This document shows positions 21,607 through 33,201 of a stretch of DNA of 64,000 nt, in pieces. A program made the position numbers and the translations under genes. Under the pieces are notes generated by a model. It had not been told where the DNA came from and searched no databases. It saw nothing but the letters and a program-made list of their open reading frames with translations. Numbering within the stretch: position 1 is the stretch's first letter; the number at the start of each line of letters is the position of its first letter. The DNA lies in assembly GCA_965205865.1 (NCBI GenBank), contig CBDBHR010000010.1:32001-96000 (forward strand). The letters are read 5' to 3'. Source of the DNA: a bacterium (GTDB taxonomy: Bacteria > SAR324 > NAC60-12).

Positions 21607-22167
21607 GTGTTTAGAATTTTCTTATTTTGGCAACACGCCGAAGGCATTCTGCGTAGGGTGAAGAAAGACGAATCCTGGCCGCGCCAAATCCCTTCGATCA
21701 GTACAGCCAACGATGAACTCCGCGCTTTTTTCACAAAAAGTACGACTTCGATTTTGGGAGAAGATGAGGAACAGATAAAATTATGTATCCCACAGTATCC
21801 ACCGGTGGGAAAGCGGATGTTGATCGAGAATGGCTCTTGGTCGCGAGCATTGAAGCGGGAAAAAGTCCATTTTTCCAAATGCGAAATGCGCTGCATCCTG
21901 GGGTGTCTCAAATTGCTGCTGGAAACCGGTCACGCCGCTCTCGACTGCAAACAATCCGTCCATGACATTTACAACCAATGGGTGGACGAAGGGAATCTGC
22001 AAAGACCCTGGGGAGCGCCCCACATGAAAAGCTGGTCCAAAAATAGTAAAGGTCGGATGACCCAAAACTGGCCGTATACCTTGCTTGAGTTCTGGAACCA
22101 AACCCAAGCGCCCAAGAGATCGGATAACAACTTATTCTTTCACGACTGCGAACAAACTTTGAAATGA
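21607..22167 (+). pseudogene. Internally deleted fragment of a flavin (Baeyer-Villiger, HapE-like) monooxygenase
   Basis: PQYPPVGKRML.ENGSW and C-terminal SWSKNSKGRMTQNWP..LLEFW are present; the N-terminal FAD/NADPH domains and the central segment are missing. Confidence 0.7.
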
Positions 22168-22174
22168 TTCCAAC

Positions 22175-23059
22175 TCAGTTGACCAGTCCCAGCGTTTTCA
22201 GTTTTTGAAACAGCTCGCTTCGTTCGGAAGGGGTCAAACTTTGATAGGGCGGACGGGGATCACCGCAATCGACACCAAGCCTTTCGCTGATCACCGCTTT
22301 GATGACGGCTGGAAATCGAGGTGTTTCGGCTAAAACTGCCACCTTAGCGCATTTTTCCTGCGCAGCAATGGCTTCTTTGAAGTTACCGGCCTGGAACGCA
22401 TCCCAAACCGCCACCCACAATTCGGGTGCCATATTGGGAGGACCATCGATACACCCTTGCGCGCCCACAGTGAGGGCAGGCAGCATCAAGCGACAATTTC
22501 CAATCATGCAGTTCAGTCCCATGTTGCTGAAATGGCGAACGAATCCCATGTTAAGTGCGGAATGTTTCAGTCCCTCTAGTTGGGGTACCTTATCCTGGAT
22601 CTTCTGTAACAATGCCGGAGTGATTTCCACTTGGGTCGCTTGGGGAAGATTGTAAACAAAAAAAGGCAAATCGGCAGCCCCCGCTACAATGCGGTAATGT
22701 TCAACAATTGCCTCGTCCGACTGCGAGTAGAAAAAGGGCGGTACGCAACAGATTGCGTCAACCCCGCATTTGGCAGCATGTTCCGCCAGCTTGGCTGAGC
22801 GGACCGTGGTCGGGGCGCCCACATGCATGATGTTTTTAATTCTCCCTTGTGCCAGATCTACTGCAATTTCCGCAATGCGACGATTTTCTTCATCGTCCAA
22901 CAAGATACTTTCCCCCGTGCCTCCGGCAACCCAGAACCCATGGACCCCGGCTTGGATGTTGAATTCCATCACTTGCCGAAAAATGGATTCGTTCAATTGC
23001 CCGTCTGCTGTCATAGGCGTGATCATGGCGGGATAAACCCCGCTGAATTTTGATTTCAT
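22175..23059 (-). CDS. Dihydrodipicolinate synthase/N-acetylneuraminate lyase family aldolase
   Basis: GVYPAMITP, GGTGES, YNLP, GLKHS (Schiff-base Lys). Confidence 0.9.
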   Translation of the reverse strand: MKSKFSGVYPAMITPMTADGQLNESIFRQVMEFNIQAGVHGFWVAGGTGESILLDDEENRRIAEIAVDLAQGRIKNIMHVGAPTTVRSAKLAEHAAKCGVDAICCVPPFFYSQSDEAIVEHYRIVAGAADLPFFVYNLPQATQVEITPALLQKIQDKVPQLEGLKHSALNMGFVRHFSNMGLNCMIGNCRLMLPALTVGAQGCIDGPPNMAPELWVAVWDAFQAGNFKEAIAAQEKCAKVAVLAETPRFPAVIKAVISERLGVDCGDPRPPYQSLTPSERSELFQKLKTLGLVN

Positions 23060-23273
23060 TTGATTCCTTTATAAGTAGGAGATTATGATCTCCCGAGTCA
23101 GAAAATCGCAAAATTTCAGGTAAATATTTACTACTAATTCAGGCAACTTCAGATGTCAAGTATATTTTTGCTCATTGCTTTCTCATGTAACTTCAACCTG
23201 TTATTTATTCGCCTTCCTGAAGGCATCACGTAGTTTGTTGCTCTGGAGGGATTTCTAAGGAAATTTGAGGAGA

Positions 23274-24047
23274 TCATTGCTCAAGACACAGGCGGAAACC
23301 AATGTTGCCGCTGCGAAATTCCGGTAAAAACTTATCACGATTCCCCGAGCGCAAGTAATTCGGGATGCTGTCCCAACTGCCACCACGAAAGACTCGGAAA
23401 AAGCCTGACTCAGTCCCCAGGGATTGGCCGCAAAACTCTTCACCGGTGCTGCTCTCGCATGCGCATCCTCGCAGGATTGTTTCCATTGCAAATCTGAAGA
23501 TTGGTCGGCCAAATTAGCCGATTGACAAATATCCGCTGTGCTATCGCCCCAATGGTAGATCGTCGTGCTACCTGCGCGTGCCGCATATTCCCATTCTGCT
23601 TCGCTGCACAACCGGTATTGCTGTTCAGTGGTCTGATTTTTTCAGGCAATATATGCCTGCGTATCATGCCAACTGACACACACCACCGGATGATCGACCC
23701 CCTGTGAAAAACCAGGATCCAGCCAGGTTTTCGTGGGATCTTTCTTCCAATTCTCTCCCGTATGGAAATAACACCCCTCTCCTGGGTCGGATTCACTGGG
23801 GTACCCGGTGGCCTCCACAAACTCCTGAAATTCCCCACAGGGTCACTTCATGGTCCGAAATCAAAAAGTGTTGGCTGATGTGGACGTTGTGGACGGTTAT
23901 TTCATCTTCATCATGCTCCAGGCCGCCCCTCTGGAATTTTTCCGCTTCGATCCGCACAAACGCTAACGGGACCGTTTCCCGGGCAGAAAGCCCGCTCGTT
24001 GACAGTGGCAGCAAAGCGATTATAAAAAAGAGAAAAAATTTTCTCAT
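23274..24047 (-). pseudogene. Frameshifted formylglycine-generating enzyme (SUMF1/FGE-sulfatase domain) protein
   Basis: Pieces in different frames: HNVHISQHFLISDHEVT, SEAEWEYAARAG, APVKSFAANPWGL, RVFRGGSW...NIGFRL. Confidence 0.8.
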
Positions 24048-24093
24048 AATTTACTACCTTCAGCCCGGGTGGAGTTCCCCTTCAGCCTAAAAT

Positions 24094-24215
24094 TAACCTT
24101 TGATTGCTCCGGCCGTCAATCCGGAAGCGAAATAGCGCTGCAGCCAGATGAAAACGGCCACGACTGGCAGAGAGACAAACAAAAGCCCGGCGGACATCGT
24201 CGAGTAATAAAGGTA
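24094..24215 (-). pseudogene. C-terminal remnant of a carbohydrate ABC transporter permease
   Basis: Manual translation YYSTMSAGLLFVSLPVVAVFIWLQRYFASGLTAGAIKG*. Confidence 0.7.
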
Positions 24216-24246
24216 TAAGAAAAAACTTGCTTTGGCTCTCTTATTG

Positions 24247-24260
24247 AACTAAGGTTAGTT
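24247..24260 (+). promoter_or_regulatory. Putative TA operator palindrome
   Basis: AACTAA-GG-TTAGTT inverted repeat ~30 bp upstream of the antitoxin ATG. Confidence 0.4.
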
Positions 24261-24287
24261 TAGTTTAAATCAATGAGGAGAAAAAAC

Positions 24288-24530
24288 ATGAGGTCGATCA
24301 ACATGCATGAAGCCAAAACGAATTTATCCCGCATTGCCGAGGAGGTGGCCGCGGGAGAAGAAATTATTGTAGCTAAAGCCGGGAAACCGAAAATGAAATT
24401 GGTCCCTTGGGATCATGGCAAAAAAAAGATAAAGCTCGGCGCTTTAAAAGGGAAGATCCGGATCAGTGAAGATTTTGATGAACCGTTGCCTCAAGAAATG
24501 TTGGAGGCGTTCTATGGATTCCGTCAATGA
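24288..24530 (+). CDS. Phd/YefM family antitoxin
   Basis: INMHEAKTNLSRI...GEEIIVAKAGKP; ATGA overlap with the toxin gene. Confidence 0.92.
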   Translation: MRSINMHEAKTNLSRIAEEVAAGEEIIVAKAGKPKMKLVPWDHGKKKIKLGALKGKIRISEDFDEPLPQEMLEAFYGFRQ

Positions 24531-24910
24531 GAGTGTTATTGGACACGCACATTTTTTTGTGGTGTTTGGCTGAAAGCAAGGATTTACCGAAAGAAGCCCA
24601 TCAGTTGGTATTATCTGCCGATGAAGTGTACGCCAGTACTGTCAATATTTGGGAAATCGTGATTAAGCGTTCGCTCGGAAAACTGGAGCTGACGTTTGAC
24701 ATTCAAGAATTGATGAAAGTGACGGCAGAAAGTGGTTTTGAAATGCTGTACATCCAACCGGATCATGCCCTAAAGCTAATGGATCTGGAAAATCATCATA
24801 GCGATCCCTTTGATCGGATGTTGATTGCGCAAAGCCTGGTGGAACCCCTGCATTTAGTGACCCGCGATGCCATCGTGGCCAAATACAATGCTAATATTAT
24901 TCAAGTGTAG
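24527..24910 (+). CDS. vapC: VapC/PIN-domain toxin
   Basis: LLDTHIFLW, WEIVIK, HSDPFDRMLIAQ, LVTRD. Confidence 0.92.
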   Translation: MRVLLDTHIFLWCLAESKDLPKEAHQLVLSADEVYASTVNIWEIVIKRSLGKLELTFDIQELMKVTAESGFEMLYIQPDHALKLMDLENHHSDPFDRMLIAQSLVEPLHLVTRDAIVAKYNANIIQV

Positions 24911-26585
24911 GTATGGGCCGTTGCACTTGGAGCAAGGTCCCGAGAGGAGGTTGATCGATGCGAGTAAGATGACCGTCCGGCCAAATCACTTCCAAATGCT
25001 GTATGTCGTTGGCTTTGGCGTTGCCCAAACCAAAATGGACGCGGGGCGGAAGGCTGGAGAGATAACCGCTGCTGAGGCGTACCTCACGATGCAGGATCCC
25101 CTGGGTGGTGCGCAAACGCAGCTTTGCGCCAATGGCACGACGATTGGGGGAGCCCTCCCAGTGCAAGGCGACTTCCAAGGCGCTGCCGCCACAAAGTCGA
25201 TTCTCGAACAGGACCGACGGCTTTGCGAGGTTGTTGACCACGATATCCAAATCCCCATCATTGTCCAAATCGGCAAAACTCATCCCCCGTCCGCTCTCGA
25301 TAGCCCCCAGGCCCCATTCCGGAGCTGGGATGAAGTGCCCGGTGCCATCATTGCGCAAGGCCTGGTTTTCTTGAACCAATTCATTTCCTGGAAAAGTTGC
25401 AAAGATAACCGGGTCGAACATGCCATTGACGACGTAGATGTCGACGGCGCCATCGTTGTCCAGGTCCCCGAATTGTAACGACCAGCTCCAGCCGGTGGCA
25501 TCCACCCCTGCCTCCCTGCCACGTTCGGAAAAGGCTGAAACGTTGCTGCGGCGCGACTGTAGGGTATTGGCGAGGAACTGGACCCCATCTCCAGACTGCA
25601 TCGAAACAGGGCCTTCCAATTCCGGCTGCCAAATGGGGTCTGCCAGGTAGGGCTTCATATCGGTCGCCATGATTTCAAATTTTCCGTCGTTGTCAATATC
25701 GCCTTCTGCGAAGCCCATGGTATTGGAGGTGGTGCGCTCGAAGGGAAAGGCATCCTCCCAGCCCTCCGGTTTGTTGAGGAAGGCCACGTCAGGCGGAGCG
25801 AAATCGTTGCCAACCAGAATATCCCGGCGTCCGTCGGCATCCAGATCAGTTAGCAAGATCGCCAGGGCTTCGGCGGAAGGGAAAAGGAGAAATGCCTTGA
25901 AGCTCCCCCTTTCATTGGTGTAGAGATAGATTCCTCCACCCACCGGAGTGCCAGCAAAAATAGAGCCTAGCCCGAGAGAGTTGAGTTCACGATCATAGGA
26001 GCCCCCAACCATGTCGAGATCCCCATCATCGTCCAGGTCTCCCCAGGCCATCACAAAGGGAAATTGCCGGTTGATGAAATCTTGTTTGGCGACGCGGGTG
26101 AAGTCAGGCTGCCTGGGATTCCCTCCCGCACGCCAGAAAGAAGGGCGGTTACCGGAGTGGGTGAACACCAAGTCGAGCCGACCGTCGCCATCCACGTCCA
26201 CCGCATTGACGGCGCGTGAACCGTCGGCATCCAGGGATTCGCTCTGAAAACTCAAGCCCCCCTGGTTCCACAGAATGTTCGATGGCACATGTTGCCCGGC
26301 CAAGATGATATCGATCTGGCCATCCTCATTGAGGTCCGCCAAAGCCACTCCGGCCCCATGGCCTTGATACAAGCCGATGCGTTCTTTGTCACTGCGGGTC
26401 ACATGAGGTAGGCGATGGGGCACGAAGGAACCGCTGCACTGACGTGAATCAATGGACAGGGGTTGAGATTCCTCCACGACGGAAGCTGACGGAGCGCCAG
26501 GCCGCATAGTGGTACACCCTGACAGTACGATTGCTAGACCGAAAAGCGCTATAATTCGACTTTCAATGAACGCGATTCCATCCAT
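24897..26585 (-). CDS. CRTAC1/ASPIC-UnbV family FG-GAP repeat lipoprotein
   Basis: Lipobox-like LSGC, repeated DxDxDGxxD motifs, NRRAIGAK, VHFGLG, VIWPDG. Confidence 0.88.
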   Translation of the reverse strand: MDGIAFIESRIIALFGLAIVLSGCTTMRPGAPSASVVEESQPLSIDSRQCSGSFVPHRLPHVTRSDKERIGLYQGHGAGVALADLNEDGQIDIILAGQHVPSNILWNQGGLSFQSESLDADGSRAVNAVDVDGDGRLDLVFTHSGNRPSFWRAGGNPRQPDFTRVAKQDFINRQFPFVMAWGDLDDDGDLDMVGGSYDRELNSLGLGSIFAGTPVGGGIYLYTNERGSFKAFLLFPSAEALAILLTDLDADGRRDILVGNDFAPPDVAFLNKPEGWEDAFPFERTTSNTMGFAEGDIDNDGKFEIMATDMKPYLADPIWQPELEGPVSMQSGDGVQFLANTLQSRRSNVSAFSERGREAGVDATGWSWSLQFGDLDNDGAVDIYVVNGMFDPVIFATFPGNELVQENQALRNDGTGHFIPAPEWGLGAIESGRGMSFADLDNDGDLDIVVNNLAKPSVLFENRLCGGSALEVALHWEGSPNRRAIGAKLRLRTTQGILHREVRLSSGYLSSLPPRVHFGLGNAKANDIQHLEVIWPDGHLTRIDQPPLGTLLQVQRPIPTLE

Positions 26586-26618
26586 GTTGCAGATAAACTT
26601 GTGGTCACGGCAACTATT

Positions 26619-28240
26619 TTAACCTTTTACCGCTCCAGATGTCAATCCGGAGGCATAGTATTTTTGGAATGGAATATAGATAATTGCGATAGGAATGATG
26701 ATTAAAAGCAACCCTGCGGACATAGTAGCGTAAAATGTATAATAATTAATGCTATACTCTCTTAAGAGTCCCATTGGCACCGTCAACAATGTCTCACGGG
26801 TATTGAGGATCATCACATATGTAGTGACCACGGGTTGTCAATGGAGAATGCTTCCCAAAGATTTTCCTCCTTGGCAAAGTGTTTATTACCACTACAATAA
26901 ATGGTGCAAGAACGACACTTGGTTCCTGATTCACCAGTTTCTCCATCGGCAAACCCGAATAGAAACGGGCAGAGCTCCCGAACCCAGTGCTGCAATGATT
27001 GATAGTCAATCCGTCAAAACCACGGAACTGGCTGATAGTCGAGGTTTTGATGGAAATAAACGAATCAAAGGGCATAAAAGGCATGTAGCTGTCGATATCT
27101 CGGGAATTCCTCTCATGGTTAAAGTCACTGATGCCAATGCCTCCGATTCCAAAAGTGCTTACGATCTTTTGGAATCGATGTTTAGCTGGTTCTTTTCGAT
27201 TCAGATGATTTGGGCCGACGGAGGTTATCGAGGGGAATTAGCCCAATGGTTATGGAATCGATTTCAATGTGAACTTGAGATCACTCTAAACCTCCAAGGA
27301 ACGGGCTTTCAGGTCCTACCGAAAAGGTGGATCGTCGAAAGAACCTTTTCCTGGTTTGGATGGTATCGAAGACTCAACATCGATTATGAAAGAAAAACAA
27401 AAAACTCTGAAAACATGATCTATGTCGCTATGATTTGCTTGATGTTAAAGAGAATTAAATGACTTTCAAACAGGTTCTTAAGAGTCCCATTGGCACCGTC
27501 AACAATGTCTCACGGGTATTGAGGATCATCACATAGAGCAAATGATTCCAGGAAGCCAGGAAGGAGAACAAGGCGACCGATGCGATGCCCGGCGTAATTA
27601 CTGGGACCACAATATTCCATAAGATCCGGAATCTTGATGCGCCGTCAATGATGGTTGCATCTTCAAGGTCTTTATCAATCGTATCACAAAAACTTTTTAT
27701 CATCCAAATTGAGAAAGGAAGCACTATCCCCGTCATAGCAATGATCAGTCCTGTATAGGTATTGAGCATCTTCAGGTTTCTTTACATGACATAAAGTGGG
27801 ACAACGATTGCGATGTAGGGGAACATCTGTGTATTGAGGGCAAGAACCATCAACGATATCCTGCCAAAAAACTGAAACCTTGAAAACCCATATCCTGTCA
27901 TGATTGCTAAGACTATACTCAAATATGTCACTGAACCTGAGACAATCAACCCATTAATCACTAAACCAATAAAAGGGGAGAAACTGGGCCATGCTGGTGA
28001 CTTGTTCATGACTACCTCACCAGTTGTTTGATTTTCAAAGCGTCCTATTAAAGGGTGTAAATAATTATCCAGCGTGAAACTCCTCGGCAGCCAATAAATT
28101 GGACTGATGATGGTTTCACGATTATCAATGAAAGAGGTTTTCAGAAGCCATAATACGGGAAACAGAACTGCAATCAGACCAGCCGTGAGCACAATTTTTC
28201 TGCTGGCTTCTGTTATTGATTTTTCAAGTTGTTGTGCCAT
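26619..28240 (-). pseudogene. Carbohydrate ABC permease (MalG-like), disrupted by IS5 and a premature stop
   Basis: Segments 27782-28240, 27480-27769 (LEDATIIDGA, EAA-like motif) and 26619-26760 (QKYYASGLTSGAVKG). Confidence 0.85.
26820..27478 (+). mobile_element. IS5-family element, left end truncated
   Basis: YVVTTGCQWRMLPKDFPPW, IDSQSVK, WADGGY, RWIVERTFSW; right end TTTCAAACAGGTTCT. Confidence 0.88.
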
Positions 28241-28252
28241 CAGAACACCTTC

Positions 28253-29006
28253 ATTGTTTTAATTTAAATTACTGAAAAAACCATCAGTGTTAACAGCCAC
28301 ATTACCCCAAGGGCGCTTGTATATCCAAGATCCAGGTCCTTAAATGCCATTCTCTGAGCCAGGATGACCAGTGTTTCAGTTCGAGCATAAGGCCCTCCTG
28401 AAGTGGTAGCATAGATCAGGTCGAAAAATTAAATCCCCAAACGATGGAAAGTATGGTTGTGATAACAATAATATTTTTAAGAAAAGGAAGAGTAATGTAC
28501 CTGAATTTTGAAATTCCCCCGGCTCCGTCAATCATGGCAGCCTCCTCAATTTCCTTGGGTATGGTTTTGAGACCGGCAAGAAACATCGTCATGAAAAATG
28601 GAAAAGCCAGCCACGAAGTGACATTGATGATAAACCATGGAGCCAGCGTTGGGTCGACAAAAACATTTACGCTTTTTTCAACAATGCCAAACATCACCAT
28701 GAGTTCCACCATGACCCCCATCCTCTCATCGAACAAGTAGACGCACATGTAAGCAACACATACCCCCGGCATGATCCATGGAAGCATAAGGACAGATCCT
28801 ATCACTCTTGAACTTCTTTCCTCTCTGTTAAGGGCTAAAGCCATCATGAGGCCGAAAACAGCACCAAAAATTGTCCATAACCCCGTCATGAATATTGTAT
28901 TTGAAACAGCCCCCCAAGAAATAATCATCCGCAAACAGCTTCTCGTAGTTACCAAAGCCAATACAAATTGAAGATATGATAAAAAATGGTATCTCTTTAA
29001 TTCCAT
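28253..29006 (-). pseudogene. Carbohydrate ABC permease (MalF-like), frameshifted and degraded
   Basis: LPWIMPGV, EEAAMIDGAG, ITLPFLK; coding continues in another frame (ATTSGGPYARTETLVI) after ~28430. Confidence 0.8.
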
Positions 29007-29048
29007 TTTTAAGTGATAAAATTAAAGATTTTACTTTAAAGATATATT

Positions 29049-30800
29049 CCTAAGTTGAGCGATTCGTAATAAAAAAAGCTCCCAACCTTGGGAAAAATGT
29101 GTTATATTTCAGTGGTTAAAATAAAAAAATTCACAAAATCTAACACAACCCAACAGGTAGAGAGCTTTATGGGAAAAAATATAACAGTTCAGGATAAAAA
29201 GAAACAGATAATTGATGCCATTCAGCCAACCGATGAACACTTGACAAGTCGTGCCGGATTGGCCTTGTTTGCCCAGTATCTGCAAAGCATTCGGCTGATG
29301 CCGATCATCGAAAGGTTGTTTGGTTCGATGCGTAAAAATAAAAAAGGAATTGCTGTCTCTGATTTTTTTGTGCAGATCCTCTGTTTTTTCATGGACGGCA
29401 GCAGCCGTCATCTCAGTTGGTTCGATCACCTCAAAAGGGGCGAGGGTTATGCCGCCTTGCTGTCATGCAGTGAGCAAGACCTTGCCTCCTCGCATGCCGT
29501 GAAAAGATTTTTTGGAAAGTTCTCTTTTGTACGAGTCTACCTGTTTCGTCATCTGCTGCAGATACTGTTTATCTGGAGACTGAAGAAGACTTGTCCAACG
29601 GTGATTGTGTTGGGTCTGGATTCGATGGTACTTGATAATGATGATGCCCTGAAACGCCATGGTGTCCAGCCGACTTACAAGATGGTCAAAGGATTTCATC
29701 CCCTGCAGATGAATTGGGGTCGTTATATGGTTGACGCAGTTTTTCGCGGAGGTAGCAAACATTCGAATCACGGGAAAACTGTTCAGAATATGCTGGTTCA
29801 TATCGTGAAAAGGATTCGCCGCCAATACCGAGATGATGTACCAATCATGGTGCGCATGGACACCGGTTTTTTTGACGAAAAAATCTTTGAAACCTGTGAA
29901 CGACTGAACATCGGTTAGCTGAAGCGGAGGAAAGTCCTATGCCAATGTGAGGAATGCTGCGGAAGAAGCCACTGACTGGCAGACCTTCACTTCATCGGGC
30001 AAGAAGGAGATCTGGCAGTACACCGAGTTTAAGAGCCAGCAGGGGACATGGAAGAAGGCTCGTCGCACGATCTACAGCCGCTTGATTGAACACGATAGCC
30101 AACTCTCTTTGCCGGGTTTGGATCATGATGGCGTGATCATTACGAACCTTGGTATGGGAGAGGCCATTGATGGCCAACTCAGCCAAGCCGCTGAAGAAAA
30201 GCGCATCGATGCTCATAGCATCCTTGGCTCGTACCACGGACGGGGAAAGGATGAACTGGCCAACCGGGCGCTGAAAAACTTTGGTCATCAACAACTTCCC
30301 TTCAAGGACTTCATTTCCAATACCGCATGGTACTATCTGATGCTGCTTGGCAATAACCTCTTCGAATCCTTCAAAGAAGATGTCAGCAAGCCAGTGATTG
30401 CGGTAACGATGTATGCTGATACCTTCCGGCGCCAGTTTCTTGATACGGCAGGCAAACTGCTTCGTCATGCCGGAAAACTGATCTTGAAAATACCAAAAAA
30501 GACCTTTGAGCGCTTGCAATTGGACCAACTATTTGCCACCTGCCAGCACGCATTGGCGCCAATCTGATCAACGGGTTTCGCTTCAATTAAAAAACAAAAA
30601 CATTAAAGTTTAAGGGGATAAGTGCGTCCAAAACATGAGAAATGAAGACCTTCCACATCTGAAAACAGCATTTTGATGCTCATTCTCACTCAAACATCCA
30701 TGGATTTGATGATCAAAATCTGATTTCAGAATGATTGCCTTTCTCAGGCAAAAAAATCATCTTGAAAATCTGATCCTTTTTTAGAATCGCTCAATTTGGG
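29049..30800 (+). mobile_element. IS1380-family element; transposase inactivated by stop plus frameshift near 29916-29925
   Basis: IRs CCTAAGTTGAGCGATTC / GAATCGCTCAATTTGGG (15/17); LTSRAGL, LGLDS, RMDTGFF, YHGRGKDE; no matching target duplication. Confidence 0.88.
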
Positions 30801-33201
30801 ACAGTACTTGGTTGACCGGGAAATAATAGGTGAACAGGAGTTTCAGGATCATTGTGATTCTTCTAATTTGCCAGATGTGCTGCGTGATCGTACAGCTACG
30901 GAGAAATTGTTTACATGGCTCAGCGAAACTTTTAATGGTGACATGTTCCTTCCGGCTGCTACGGTGACACCCGAGGCTAACCATCTCAGCAGAGTAGCAG
31001 ATTTTCTGGAAGCGGTGGATCCGAAAACCGGACAAACCACGTTTTTCCCGTATCAGTTTGACGTAATTCCGGTCGAACTTCTCAGCGCCATTTACGAACA
31101 ATTTGTGCATACGGAAGAGAGACAGAAGGCAGACAACGCCAGCCATTCTAGTGCCAGACAGATGGGTGTCTATTACACCCGTTTGCCGGTCGTTTCCCTT
31201 GTGATTGACGAAGTTATGAATGACCTGACAGGAAAAGAAACCGTACTCGATCTTACTTGTGGGTCGGGCGTTTTTCTTGTCGAAGCTTTACGAAAACTTG
31301 TTTCCCTCAAGTCGAGAGATTCGGTGCGGAGCAGTGAAATGATTAGAACAACGCTGTACGAACAAATCTATGGTGTGGATATCAGCGAGAACGCGGTGCG
31401 TATCGCAGCATTCAGCCTTTATTTGGCAGCATTGGAACTTGACCCTGATCCGAAACAGCCGCAGGCCCTGAAATTCGAACCATTGCTTGGCAAAACTCTT
31501 TTTGTAGGTGATGCACATGATGTTGAAAACACGTCTGATGGAAAAAAGATTTTTGCCACAGGAACTGGTCTGAGAAAATTTGACATCATCGTCGGCAATC
31601 CGCCATGGAGTTTCAGAGGAAAAAAGGGCACAGATGTACGCCGAAACCGAAACTTTAATAACCCTCTGCAGCCTCGCGGTGAAAGTCTAGATTTTGTCAT
31701 GAGAGCGAAGGAATTCTCTCATGACGATACGCGCTTTGGCCTCATACTTAGTGCAACTCCATTTTTTTCGCGTAGCAGGACAGGCTTGAATGCTTCACAA
31801 CAAGTTGTCAAGAAGCTCTCACCCGTAACTTTGGTTAATTTATCTAAGCTTTCTTCCTGGCTGTTTCCAGAGGCCAATATGCCGGCAGTCGCATTCTTTG
31901 CGCGCCACCGTGCCCGGCAACCTGCAGATCAGATAACTCTTGTACATATTCCGTGGTCACCAACCGGAGACCAAAGTCATACTTTTAAGATTGCGCGTAG
32001 TGACATTATGACACTCCCGTTAGCTGAATGGGAACGTCAGCCGGAACGATTAAAAGCATCGATTTGTGGGTGCCGTCGGGATATTTCCTTGTTGGAGAGA
32101 CTGACAACCACCCATAGAACACTCAGCCACCGGCTTAAGGCGCTGGAGACAAAACTCAACGCCGGACTGAAGTTTGGAAACAGGAGTCGCGACGCAACAT
32201 TCCTTATGGGCATACCGTTGCTTCGCAAGCAAGATCACCAACGGTTTTTCGTATCTACTGATAATCTGTCGTCTTTCAGCGAAGATGCAGCAGAATGGTC
32301 GCGCACACGCGAGACCTATCGGGCTCCTCTGGTAGTTGTGAGGGAGTTTCTGAAGGAAGAACCTCGTCCGGTCGCTGCCGTAGCGGATCATGATCTTGTG
32401 TTCACTGACGCGTATTTTGGTGCCGTGTTGTCTCCTGATAGAATTGAAATTGCCCACCTGTTGGCGGCCATCCTGAGTTCATCGCTAGCTTCGTGGTATT
32501 TTATAATGACGGCTTCCACTTTTGGATTATGGATGCGACGTTTGCTAATCAAGGATGTAGCCAAGTTGCCAACAACCGACCTCGAAAAAGCTGTACAGTC
32601 CGAAGCTGGCCAGCACATTCTGCGACTGGTGAAAACATTTCAACGGGATCACTTGAGTGACGGTGATTGGAAAAGGCTTGATGAAGCCGTTCTCGATTTA
32701 TACGGGCTGGATGAACAAGAGCGTATTGTCGTTCATGACGGCTTCTTTCGCGCAAGCTGGGAATGGAAACAGGGCCGACTTGAATCGGTTAAACCGGCTG
32801 ACATTCAAGATCACATGCCAGACTATGCTCGCGCGTTCCTTTCGACAATCGACGTTTGGTTGTCCGCACGTAACCGGAAACGGATGTGTGCTGAGATATT
32901 CAATCTTTCTCAGCACGACCCACTCAGGGTTGTTCGATTCGTCCTTGAGGAAAAACCCGGCAACTCCGAAGTGAAAATAATTCAACCTGAAGGCCCACTA
33001 AAGGAGCTTCTGTTACAAATCGGTAACCGCCTTAATTTTCCGCTGACAAACTCGCTGGTTGGTGAGCGAGAACTACGCGTGTATGGCCCTGATGAAGTTG
33101 TGATCATAAAACCTGCGGCACGCCGGTACTGGCTGGGTGTTTCAGGGTTGGAAGATGCTGATACTGTTATCGCCGAAAGCTTTTCCGGAATGAACGCGTG
33201 A
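30796..33201 (+). CDS. Gamma-class N6-adenine DNA methyltransferase with TRD-like C-terminus, N-terminally truncated by IS1380
   Basis: IPVELLSAIYEQF, GVYYT, LDLTCGSGVFL (motif I), IVGNPPW (motif IV); the ORF starts inside the IS right IR. Confidence 0.85.
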   Translation: MGQYLVDREIIGEQEFQDHCDSSNLPDVLRDRTATEKLFTWLSETFNGDMFLPAATVTPEANHLSRVADFLEAVDPKTGQTTFFPYQFDVIPVELLSAIYEQFVHTEERQKADNASHSSARQMGVYYTRLPVVSLVIDEVMNDLTGKETVLDLTCGSGVFLVEALRKLVSLKSRDSVRSSEMIRTTLYEQIYGVDISENAVRIAAFSLYLAALELDPDPKQPQALKFEPLLGKTLFVGDAHDVENTSDGKKIFATGTGLRKFDIIVGNPPWSFRGKKGTDVRRNRNFNNPLQPRGESLDFVMRAKEFSHDDTRFGLILSATPFFSRSRTGLNASQQVVKKLSPVTLVNLSKLSSWLFPEANMPAVAFFARHRARQPADQITLVHIPWSPTGDQSHTFKIARSDIMTLPLAEWERQPERLKASICGCRRDISLLERLTTTHRTLSHRLKALETKLNAGLKFGNRSRDATFLMGIPLLRKQDHQRFFVSTDNLSSFSEDAAEWSRTRETYRAPLVVVREFLKEEPRPVAAVADHDLVFTDAYFGAVLSPDRIEIAHLLAAILSSSLASWYFIMTASTFGLWMRRLLIKDVAKLPTTDLEKAVQSEAGQHILRLVKTFQRDHLSDGDWKRLDEAVLDLYGLDEQERIVVHDGFFRASWEWKQGRLESVKPADIQDHMPDYARAFLSTIDVWLSARNRKRMCAEIFNLSQHDPLRVVRFVLEEKPGNSEVKIIQPEGPLKELLLQIGNRLNFPLTNSLVGERELRVYGPDEVVIIKPAARRYWLGVSGLEDADTVIAESFSGMNA

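Noticed and set aside
29916-29925. Programmed readthrough or frameshift in the IS1380 transposase
   Set aside because: Both a stop and a frame change would be needed, and there is no slippery motif; mutational decay is simpler.
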